A stretch of DNA of 63,343 nt, filler included, from Octopus bimaculoides (lineage: Eukaryota), in NCBI RefSeq assembly GCF_001194135.2. It is 4 parts of 3 records of this genome, joined end to end, with 100 filler letters (N's around TTAATTAATTAA, not from the genome) between each part and the next. Parts side by side here need not be neighbours in the genome. Positions count along the whole stretch, not along the records: positions 54,144 to 63,343 come from NC_068986.1; 3 more parts are not named here. One strand, given 5' to 3'. The notes under the pieces are model-generated. The model did not search any database. It saw only the letters and a list, made by a program, of their open reading frames with translations, and had not been told where the DNA came from. Of the stretch, positions 54,144 to 63,343 are shown piece by piece (positions within the stretch are counted from its first letter, which is position 1; each line of letters starts with the position of its first letter). The translations under genes were made by a program, and so were the position numbers.

Positions 54144-54425
54144 CTCGAATGTGGAATCTAAAAACAGAAACAATTCCTATCATAGTAGGTGCCTTAGGTA
54201 TAATAAAAAAAATATTCAGACAAATGCATAACAAAAACACCAGGACTTACAAATATATATAACATACAGAAAATTGCACTACTGGGTACTGCACACATTC
54301 TACGCAAAACACTTTCAATACAGTAAACATAAGAGCACCACAGCAAACCACAGCACATACCCAAGGCGCACAGAGCTGCGCTCGGCAGTGAAGTGAAAGC
54401 ACGTTATAAAAATAAAACTACTGAA
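54144..54425 (+). mobile_element. R4/Dong-like LINE (restriction-like endonuclease C-terminus plus 3' UTR), antisense to DRC2 and just downstream of the 54484 donor
   Basis: RMWNLKTETIPIIVGALGIIKK(+1 frameshift in A8)YSDKCITKTPGLTNIYNIQKIALLGTAHILRKTLSIQ*; followed by (TAA)n. Confidence 0.85.
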
Positions 54426-54426
54426 C

Positions 54427-54458
<32 letters not shown>

Positions 54459-54483
54459 TAATAATAAATTTGTTAAAACGTAC

Positions 54484-54701
54484 GCTATGGTGCGGGAATT
54501 GTGGACGATAAACAATGGATTAGTCTGAGAGAGGACATCGCTGCTGACTGAAATACCATCAAGATACTGCTTGAGCAAGTATCTCAGCTTTTCGTTGTCA
54601 CGTGCCAGTAATTCGTGTTCCATTATCAACACACGTTTGTCGAGTAAAACCTTGTTAAAACGCTTCCAGAAGTTGGTCAACGGTTTGTATTCATCCATCA
54701 T
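54484..54701 (-). CDS. CCDC65: DRC2/CCDC65 C-terminal-region exon (MMDEYKPLTNFWKRFNKV...LKQYLDGISVSSDVLSQTNPLFIV...), phase 0/2
   Basis: Acceptor tctctttttctatag|ATG and probable donor GC|gtacgt; 218 nt. NFWKR(F/Y)NKV and LKQYLDGISVS..VLSQ.NPLFIV match the DRC2 C-terminal motifs. The 3' boundary is inferred. Confidence 0.93.
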
Positions 54702-55029
54702 CTATAGAAAAAGAGAGACAAATTGTAGAAAATAAAACAGAGAAAGGAAATGGTGGTGCAGGCGGCGGTGGCGGTGGTGATGATGGTAGTGTTGGTGGTT
54801 GTAATTATTGCGAGAAAATTAAAAGTAAAAATATTACGTTTCTGACTTAGCACTTCGTCGGATATATAGCAAAGAGTCTAGAGCAGAGGGACAGAAGCAA
54901 GGAAGACGAAATAGGAACAGATAGACAGTAGGAACGCGTGTTAGTGGCTATATGCGCATAATCATCAGAATACGATCGTATATGTGAGTAAGGTGTGTTC
55001 AGAGAGTATCAATATCTGCTCGTGAATAA

Positions 55030-55459
55030 GGCGGCGGGCTTGGAGAAAAGTTAGCACGCCGGGCGAAATGCTTAGCGGTATTTCGTCTGCCACTGCGTTC
55101 TGAGTTCAAATTCCGCCGAGGTCGACTTTGCCTTTCATCCTTTCAGGGTTGATAAATTAAGTACCAGTTACGCACTGGGGTCGATATAATCGACTTAATC
55201 CGTCTGTCTGTCCTTGTTTGTCCCCTCTGTGTGTAGCCCCTTGTGGGCAGTAAAGAAATAAGAAAAGTTAGCACGTCGGGCGAAATGCTTAGCGGTATTT
55301 CGTCTGTCTTTACGTTCTCAGTTCAAATTCCGCCGAGGTCGACTTTGCCATTCATCCTTTCGGGGTCGATAAATTAAGTACCAGTTGCATACTGGGGTCC
55401 ATCTAATCGACTTGGCTCCCTCCCCCAAACTTTCAGGCCTTGTGCCTAGAGCAGAAAAG
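55030..55459 (+). mobile_element. Family-B SINE dimer flanked by an 18-bp TSD
   Basis: TSD AATATCTGCTCGTGAATA at 55011-55028 and 55460-55477; internal 15-mer AGAAAAGTTAGCACG duplicated at 55044 and 55261. Confidence 0.9.
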
Positions 55460-55615
55460 AATATCTGCTCGTGAATACAAGAGCAAAGGAAACAATGCAC
55501 GTTCACGGATAATAACTGTTTTTTAATGAGAGTAAGGGAGAGAGAGAGAGAGAAGGTGGAGATAGAGAGAATGAGATCGAGAGAGTATGATCGTGGTGAG
55601 AATTCGAGTGCTTAC

Positions 55616-55768
55616 TTTCTGTAAGTTTTTATTGCAAGGATTATGGTCATCCAGCCAGGCTTTCTCAATCTCCTCAGGTTTGATGGTATCTGGGTAGAAA
55701 GGGAGGACCTTCTCCCTTTCTGTTTCCAGTTTGCGGCATCTCTCGAACAGCTTCAGTATCTTGACCCC
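55616..55768 (-). CDS. CCDC65: DRC2/CCDC65 internal exon (51 aa, GVKILKLFERCRKLETEREKVLPFY...), phase 0/0
   Basis: Acceptor gtttgttttaag|GGG and donor AAA|gtaagc; 153 nt open. KILKL..CRK.ETE.EKVLPFY is the characteristic DRC2 motif (recalled from human CCDC65). Confidence 0.95.
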
Positions 55769-56059
55769 CTTAAAACAAACAGTAAAACAGACGGAATAAA
55801 TAAGTAATAAATTATATAATGAATAATTGGTAAAAACCCATGCGTTGTACAAAGAAATATAATACCTTTGCTGTTTGACCTTTTAGAGTTTGGTTATTGT
55901 ATAATGTTATTTATTTTGTGATAAAGGTATCCTTAGACAAAGAAAACTAGTCATTTCATTTTGCTGACCCATGTATTAGGCATAAGTAATGAATAGTAGG
56001 GAGCGAAAGAGTACGATCGCAAATACAGGCAACCGAAGTGGGATCCCTCTGACGAATTT

Positions 56060-56405
56060 CTGGAGTAACATTACATGGCATGTTGCTTAACTCGGAGATC
56101 AGGGAATCTCTCCTGGTCGAGTTGCTCCTTCTTGGGGTGTCACAGCTTCAGGATTACGGACTTGTGGCTAGAATGTCACATGAAAGAATCATAAGATGGA
56201 TTCTTCGACCCGAGTCAACTAGCAGGAGACCTAGGGGTGAACCAAGGACGAGATGGTTAGATAATATCGATAGTTTCAGGTGGTCACGCTTGAGAATCTA
56301 GCAGGAAATTGTAATGGCGCTTGTTTCTCATTAGGACCCAATGGAGGTGGTGCCTGAGGATTCTGCCTCTAATAACCTCCCAGGAATAGGGCGGCGAAAG
56401 TGAAT
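56060..56405 (+). mobile_element. RTE LINE ORF C-terminus and 3' end, decayed
   Basis: NSEIRESL...VARMSHERIIRWIL...RRPRGEPRTRWLDNI resembles RTE LRWYGHVARM...RPRGRPRTRWLD. Confidence 0.8.
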
Positions 56406-56626
56406 GGCTAGAGGACTTGCTTAGAATTAATTTGAAATCTCAGTTTTATAACTGTCACATCTCAACTTCATAAGTTCAGAAAGGAAAGACATGGACAGTA
56501 TGTATAGTGCAAATTACCACCGTCTCCACTAGTGTCACTATTACTTACGTAGCAGCGGTGCCACCAGCAGTAGCACATTCACTAACACTACTATTGTCAC
56601 TATCACTAGTAACAAGGCAATGATCT

Positions 56627-57048
56627 TGTAGGAAAGTGGTTATACACCATTAGGTGTACACCGCTTCCGTACATTAAATTTCTAGAAGAAAAAACGGAAC
56701 GCAGATTCTGAACAACATAACAATATTTATTTACAGTGGAATTCAGTTCACGCTTGGAGGGAATTCGGTAGCTCGTCGCTCTCGGTTACTGAGACGCCTT
56801 CTGAATGATTTCCGTGGTTATTTGTGAAGCTCTGGTGCTGACATGTGAGAGAGCTCTGTTGGACGTCTTGGCTCGACGGAGATCAGTCAACGAAGAGACT
56901 GAGAAAAGGCGCCAAAGCTGGGTGTCGAACTCTACGCATGCGCATGAGACTCTTCCTGTATTCCTTCTGGAACTAGTCCCTGCGCATGCGTGGATAAAAC
57001 TCCGGACATTGAACATATAACAGTCGTCTGCTATAAGGTGTCACTACA
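56627..57048 (-). mobile_element. Solo LTR (422 bp), Gypsy-like
   Basis: Termini TGTAG...CTACA; 4-bp TSD ATCT at 56623-56626 and 57049-57052; AATAAA on the minus strand at 56726-56731; no internal ORF. Confidence 0.85.
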
Positions 57049-57769
57049 ATCTCAACCGTGGATTGTATGAACGACCAATATTCATAAAAATGTTCATTGA
57101 CCAATATTCATAAAAATGTTCATAAAAATGTTCATGGAAATTGTGTATAGTTAACAAAGATGTTCAAGGTTTACGGAAATGTTCAAGGCTACCAAATATG
57201 TTTAAAGTTAAAAAAAAATATCAGTTAATTGATGTTATGTGAAAATGACCTAGCAGTGTTTACAGATTCTAGTATTACTATTTTCTAGTACATGCCTATA
57301 TCTACGCTGGTAATATGTCAATGACCGGACTAAAATAACTGCGTATTCAGTTATGCCAATTATGAGATGATAAAGGCATTCTTTCACACAATATTTTTTA
57401 CTTCAACAGCTCAGATCTTTAATCTTTTCCAGTCCACTTCTGCACATTTCTGTCATTTGGTGCAATTAAATACGCTGATGTCATTTTTGCTATGTAGAAT
57501 ATCTTTTCTTTTATCTTTTAGTTCTTTCAGTCATTAGACTGTGGCCATACTGGGGCACCGCCCTTTTACAGATTCTAGTATTACTATTTTCTATTTAATC
57601 AAACGAATCGACCCCAGTAACCATTGTTTTAAAACCTGGTATTCATTCTACCGACCGCTTTTGCCGAACACTAAGTTACGGGATGTAAACAAACCAACAC
57701 TGGCTGTTACGCGTTGGCACGGGACAAACGCACAGGCACCTCCCGCCACTGCTTAACAACCTTTGTGGA

Positions 57770-58065
57770 TTAGTGATGATGGTATTCAGCTGACGATTGC
57801 AAGGTCATGAGTTCGATTCTGAGCGGCTCGTTGTGTCCTTAAATCATACACTATTTCACGTTGCTCCACTCCACTCAGCTGGCAAAAATGAGTTGTACCT
57901 GTATTTCAAAGGGCCGGCCTTGTCACATTCTGTGTCATGCTGAATCTCCCTGAGAACTATGTTAAGGGTATACGTGTCTGTGGAGTGCTCAGCCACGTTA
58001 ATTTCCCGATCAGGCTGTTCTGTTGATCGGATCAACTGGATCCCTTACCGTCGTAACTGACGGAA
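57770..58065 (+). mobile_element. tRNA-derived CORE-like SINE
   Basis: GAGTTCGATTC B-box; core and tail shared with 52880-53110. Confidence 0.75.
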
Positions 58066-58149
58066 CCCAGAACCATGTGGCTGGGAAGCAGGTCAATCTG
58101 AACAATAAAATTTCATAGTATTTTCGCAAGTTTATTTTACAAGACAGCT

Positions 58150-58400
58150 AGAGTTTCATATGCAGGACGAGATAACATTTTATTACAACAACTGATATTC
58201 GGTATTCAGGCGAATGTAAAGAAGCTTTATATCATGTTATTATGTCTCCAAGTATATTTTCTTGGAGTTAGTGTGGGATACCTTGATACAATGTGGTGGA
58301 TCTTCTCCGAAACTACACTAAGTAGTTGACAGTAATGTTCTGTATTATGGGAGATATCGCTATTCCTTTCAATACTTCAACTAGTGATAGATTGAATTTT
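58150..58400 (-). mobile_element. Degenerate RLE-type LINE fragment (CCHC region)
   Basis: IHHIVSRYPTLTPRKYTWRHNNM at 58233-58301 resembles HIxSGCxxL...YTWRHN. Confidence 0.55.
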
Positions 58401-59047
58401 TGTATTGAGATTGTTATATTTGCTGCCATATTCAAGACAAATTTGCACATCCAGACTACAAATTGCATTTCTTTTAAGAGTGGCATCCAGTTTTACCAAC
58501 GTAGTTGTTCTATAACAAAATAATATTATCGATGGATTATGTCTTCGATTTCGTTCTACAGATTGTTTAAGATAAAATTCCTTACTTGTTAACTAAAGTG
58601 AAAAACTCTTAGAGTAGAAGAGGTGACGAGTGTATATCAAGGAGTGTAGCGTTAAAAGATGCTGCCTCCTAAGACTGCACTGTAATCTTTCACACTGAAA
58701 CTGATTTTGCTGTTTCAGAAAAAGTTTAGAAAAATGTTACAGAGGTTTAAAGTTTGACCATTTTTACCCAATCGCAAGGTCGACTACGACGAATGTTGTA
58801 AGAAGTTTTGAAGTTCTAATAAGTTTTAATGAATATTATCATGTGAAACAATGGAAGAGGCACGTAAAGAATTTGAAAAGGAAATATTATTCTATGAAAC
58901 TTATTTTTTCGAAAAGTTACCAAAAAAAAAAAAAAAAAGAAAGAAACCCAAAACAAAAGAACTGCATGTTATACTACTGTAGTAACAATTCAATTTATGT
59001 AAATAATTAAAACATCTTTTATAGCGAAAATTCAAAAACTAAAGTTT

Positions 59048-59440
59048 AAGATACACTCTGGAGTCTCTCAAACAAATTACAGCTTTCGTTCCTCCTGCGC
59101 CACATAAGTTCGCAGAGGTACGAGTCGATCAAAGAACGGTGGGTCCCACAGCATCATTTATTCCTTCGTTTTTACACAGGCCCATGTGATTTCCCCCACC
59201 TTGTTGCGTATGGGTACCATTTTACGATTTAATAAACTCAACGCTGTGGTTCACTGTTCTGTGTCGAAGATTATAGCCATCAATTTCAGGAATGTGAAGG
59301 TAGGCCTTCCACAAGTCACTGAAAATTGCGGTTCCGGGAAGAACCGACTGACGTATGCGTTCCTCTAGCGTGTCACGATTCCGACATGGCACCGCATATC
59401 TTGTTAGTTTGTGTCAACCGCCACAAGTTACGAGGGTGTT
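59048..59440 (-). mobile_element. Merlin / ISXO2(IS1016)-like DDE transposase relic
   Basis: RDTLEERIRQSVLPGTAIFSDLWKAY...TVNHSVEF..*NGTHTQ...IDSYLCELMWRRR matches PGTxIxSDxWxAY...TVNHS.NF...HTQ...LDSYLxEFMWR. One stop and frameshifts. Confidence 0.8.
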
Positions 59441-59581
59441 ATTTAGCCCTAAGTCTATGATTAAAAGTATTCCAGCTGTAGCCATATTGTTTTTGCTTGC
59501 ATATAGTATTACATTATCTAATGCAGACTTTTCTTATTTTAGGTGGTGTCGTGTGATCTGAAGGAGATTTGGCTTCTATTT

Positions 59582-59809
59582 CCATCAGATCCAGCCACCA
59601 CAGAGGCGCCCTCATTGAAATACAAGTAAGAGTGAGAGAAAGTTGTGGTGAAAGAGTACAGCAGGGTTCGCCACCATCCTCCGCCGGAGCCTCGTGGTGC
59701 TTTTAGGTGTTTTCGTCCAATAAACACTCACAACGCCCGGTATGGGAATCGAAACCGCGATCCTATGACCGCGAGTCCGCTGCCCTAACCACTGGGCCAT
59801 TGCGCCTCC
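59582..59809 (-). mobile_element. SINE family C, starting about 20 nt into the DRC2 intron
   Basis: Head as at 13958. Confidence 0.85.
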
Positions 59810-59829
59810 AGTAGAAAGACTATACTGAC

Positions 59830-59970
59830 CTTATCTCTCTGTCTGGTGAGTTTGCTGATGGCGTCATTACTCTCTAAAGCGAGACGAGTAAGTTTCTCAA
59901 ACTCCATAGTCCGTAACTTGTTCATCTCAATCTTCATTCCTTGCAACACAAACCTCATCTTATCTTTTTC
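59830..59970 (-). CDS. CCDC65: DRC2/CCDC65 internal exon (47 aa, EKDKMRF...LESNDAISKLTRQRDK), phase 0/0
   Basis: Acceptor ttttctcatccacag|GAA and donor AAG|gtcagt; 141 nt open. LTRLALESNDAISKL resembles CCDC65 LVRLTLESNATLKAL (recalled). Splices in frame to the next exon. Confidence 0.9.
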
Positions 59971-60145
59971 CTGTGGATGAGAAAACATATTGGTTTCAAA
60001 TTTTGCCAAAGGCCAGCAATTTCGTTTATCATTGTGTTTAACGTTTTTTTGATGTCCTGTACCCATGTATGCATGTATGTATACATATAGATGTAGGTAT
60101 GTACATATATGAATGGATATATGCATATATTATATATTATTTATA

Positions 60146-60196
<51 letters not shown>

Positions 60197-60234
60197 NNNN
60201 NNNNNNNNNNNNNNNNNNNNNNNNNNNNNNNNNN

Positions 60235-60276
<42 letters not shown>

Positions 60277-60377
60277 GAACGAGGGAGAGAGACGGACAGA
60301 GACAGAGAGTGTGTCTGTGTGTACAGAAAGAAAATGAGTGATAAACACATACACACACACACACACACACATGTATA

Positions 60378-61112
60378 CAAGCATACCTCGGCTTAAGTCG
60401 TTTCGGTTTAAGTTATTCTTGATTATACGTCGGTTTTGAAAAATATATATGAAAAAATAATCAAGTTAAGTCATTTTGCTCGACATTACGTCTGTCTGCC
60501 ACAGATATTGAAATCGTAAAATCACTAGAAAACCGTTAAAAGCACATAAAATCATGTTACTGTACAATAAATAAGAATAAAAGCATATAAAATCATATTA
60601 AAATACGTACAGTAACTGTTAAGATACACACCATAAAGTAGTGTAGCTTAGTGAACGAAATCATGGAATCACGAAGTCACCAAATTGTATGTACGAATTG
60701 GTAAATTTAAGATAATTTAGTTTTTTTTTTTAATTTTGCGAAATAATAATGATTACTGAATTTGTTTTCTAAGCTTAAAGAAGGATTTTATTTTACCGCA
60801 TTCATAAATAAAGTGTACGGTAAACACCACCAAATTGTATTCGTAAATTTAGATTACTTTTTTTTTTTTACTGTACTGTATTAAAAAATACAAACCATTT
60901 GTTTGTAAACTTAAAATAGGTTTTAATTAACCATGTATTATTGAAATGCATTCATAAAGTACAGAACTGGGAACAGTTATTATCGGTTTAGCCTAGAAAC
61001 AAGTAAATTCGGCCTAGCCTAGCCTAGAGGTAAGTTAATTCGATTTAAGTCGTTTTTCGACTTAAGTCATGTCTCCTGGAACCAATTAACGACGTAGGTT
61101 GAGGTTTGTCTG
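60378..61112. mobile_element. Tigger/pogo-type non-autonomous element (735 bp)
   Basis: Degenerate 24-bp TIRs (CAAGCATACCTCGGCTTAAGTCGT vs reverse complement CAGACAAACCTCAACCTACGTCGT, 17/24); TA on the left; subterminal CCTGGAACCAAT motif as in Tigger ends. Confidence 0.6.
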
Positions 61113-61546
61113 CGTATATATAAATGTATGCATGTATATNNNNNNNNNNNNNNNNNNNNNNNNNNNNNNNNNNNNNNNNNNNNNNNNNNNNNNNNNNNNN
61201 NNNNNNNNNNNNNNNNNNNNNNNNNNNNNNNNNNNNNNNNNNNNNNNNNNNNNNNNNNNNNNNNNNNNNNNNNNNNNNNNNNNNNNNNNNNNNNNNNNNN
61301 NNNNNNNNNNNNNNNNNNNNNNNNNNNNNNNNNNNNNNNNNNNNNNNNNNNNNNNNNNNNNNNNNNNNNNNNNNNNNNNNNNNNNNNNNTATATATACCA
61401 GCAAGTGTATCCGGTAATTCTCGGGGGTAAAGATGTTCTATTGAAACGCCTTATTAGTCTGATATAAAAAAGCAATTTCGTTATAACTGCCACAAAAGGT
61501 GTATTTTCCGTCGCGAAAAAGTACAAAAACTGTCAGTTGGAGGAGG

Positions 61547-61650
61547 GAGAGGTTTTCGGAGGTTGGGGAAAAAAATTGTTGGAGGTTGGTGAGAGAGGTT
61601 GTCGGAGGTTGTCGAGAGAGGTTTTCGGAGATTGGCGAGAGAGGTTGTCG
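61547..61650 (+). repeat. About 23-bp minisatellite (GAGAGGTTGTCGGAGGTTGTCGA-like), 4-5 degenerate units
   Basis: Seen directly. Confidence 0.75.
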
Positions 61651-61802
61651 TTCACAGAAAAACTATTGTTTTACCGTGAGAAAAGCGTTGTTGAAATGTT
61701 AAGTGAAATTTGGCAATCGAGGATCGGATCCACGCTATGCCTGCATGAATCCACAACAAATACGTTGAGGAAAAAAATTTATCTGCTGTCGTGGAGAAAG
61801 TG

Positions 61803-62962
61803 TAACTGTAAAAATGCAGAATTATCGGAGTAATGGGCATTCAAAAAAGTATGTATGTATCGAAATGTGTGAATGAAGAGATTCAAATTAAGGAAGTGCG
61901 ATAATAATGTTTAGCAGATCAAAACTGTGAGTAGTGAAATGCAGGATTAGGTCGGCTGATCAAGAGAACCAAATATTGATCACATCGCTAAAAACTGCAG
62001 GTGGTATGGCTTATTTCCCTTGGATTGTTTAAATAAAATATTAGTAATATGTAGTAGATAGGAGGATCCACTGGATGGGCCCTATTATCGTTTTTTTTTT
62101 CGACAATCTAAGTATGTCACGAGGTTTCCAGACCTGAGTTCTACTCACGTGTCAAATAAAGTAAAAAAGTGATATTGTCTGCAAAAATTAGAAATTGGAC
62201 ACTCAAAAAATCAATATTGAAAGTAATCGAACATAAACAATGAAACCTGTAAAATATTTATAAATTCGATGGCTCAATTAGTTTCATGAAAATGTTGTAT
62301 GAACTGTAAATAAGCAATAAATATCATGATTTGTAAAATAAATATAAGTGATACAGGGTGTCCCAACTTAATGTGGTGTGGAAGTTTGGTTTCCTTTTTA
62401 AAGAATTTTAAGCATTCAAAGTATGAGTTCATTGTATTGGGACACACTTATTAAATACGTTCTGGAATCAAAAATTTATGTAGTGTCATCGAAAAATTTT
62501 AACTGGAAAAATGCAGAATTATCGGAGTTATGTGCATTGAAAGTGTACATGCATCAAGAAAGTGCAATAATAAGGTTTAGCAGTTGAAAACTGTGAGTAG
62601 TGAAATGCAGAATTAGGTCTGCTGATCGTGAGAATCAAATATTGATCGCTTCGCTAAAAACTAGCAAGTGTAAATGCAGGTCCTATGGGTTATTTCCCTT
62701 GAGTGTTTAAAAAATATTGTGCAGGTAGTATTGGTTATTTCACTTGGGTGTTTAAAAAAAAATAGTTATATGAGCTAGTGATACAGATCCCTTACTGGGG
62801 ACGTGTTATCGAATTTTTCAACAATCTAAGTATGTTACGAGGTTTCCAGATATGAGTGGTACTCACGTGTCAAGTTTCATCAAAATCAATAGAACGATGT
62901 AGGAGGAGTTAGCTAACAACGCCACAAACAAACACACACCGATTTTCCACATACGTAGTAGA
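61803..62962 (-). mobile_element. Probable non-autonomous Helitron-like element containing a diverged direct duplication of about 350-370 bp
   Basis: Minus-strand start a|TCTACTAC...GTGTGTTTGTTTGT...GATTTTGATGAAACTTG at 62962; repeats 61803-62155 and 62500-62873. No 3' CTRR/hairpin confirmed. Confidence 0.45.
62354..62449. mobile_element. About 96-bp mariner-type MITE
   Basis: TA|CAGGGTGTCCCAA ... TTGGGACACACT imperfect TIRs. Confidence 0.55.
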
Positions 62963-63026
62963 TATCTTACCTTCTACCCATCTGTCTATCTGTCTGACTA
63001 TGCATGTATGTATGCATGTTTGTATC

Positions 63027-63093
<67 letters not shown>

Positions 63094-63343
63094 TCATCTC
63101 TATTGTCATGGAACCTCACCCCTCCAAAAAAACAACAAAAACAATGTTCTCTTCTAAACAAAACCCCACCCCAAAGCACCTGTTTTATATAAATGAACAA
63201 GCTGTTTGTACATTCACAAAATTTTATTTGACAAGTTCCAAAAAGGAACAAAAAGCGCTAACAATAATGAAGTAATAACATTTTTTCAAATTTTTCCAAA
63301 ATTCTGACGACTATTTTTTCTCAATATTCAATTTCTGTACATC

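Noticed and set aside
54315-54483. Read-through of the DRC2 exon giving a poly-Leu, transmembrane-like C-terminus (ORF 54315-54701)
   Set aside because: The extension is antisense (TAA)n plus the Dong-like LINE 3' UTR also found at 36465; a GTACGT donor is present at 54483.
56805-57020. Overlapping 71-76 aa ORFs on both strands
   Set aside because: They lie inside the solo LTR; GC-rich sequence gives chance ORFs.

Overview
AT-rich, microsatellite-saturated, gap-ridden draft animal genomic DNA. The SINE families resemble octopus/coleoid cephalopod repeats as I recall them (inference, not searched). The only securely identifiable gene is the 3' part of DRC2/CCDC65 (dynein regulatory complex subunit 2) on the minus strand: three canonical, phase-compatible exons at 59830-59970, 55616-55768 and 54484-54701. 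Its upstream exons lie outside the window and its terminal exon is not identified. A second, unidentified plus-strand gene is suggested by two phase-compatible exons (19973-20074 and 24143-24255). The rest is repeats: several tRNA-derived SINE families, LINE relics (RTE, CR1/Jockey-like, R4/Dong-like), DNA-transposon relics (Tigger/pogo, Tc1, Merlin/ISXO2-like), a solo LTR with a 4-bp TSD, a probable Helitron-like element and several long fold-back elements. Three N44-TTAATTAATTAA-N44 blocks are artificial scaffold joins. I see no novel multi-gene system. The most unusual pattern is a SINE subfamily whose five copies all sit in the same orientation inside the tRNA-like head of another SINE, often in register and with locus-specific duplications. 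A tail-to-tail pair of degenerate Penelope-type hammerhead-like motifs is also notable. Nearly all ORFs in the supplied track are microsatellite or gap artefacts.
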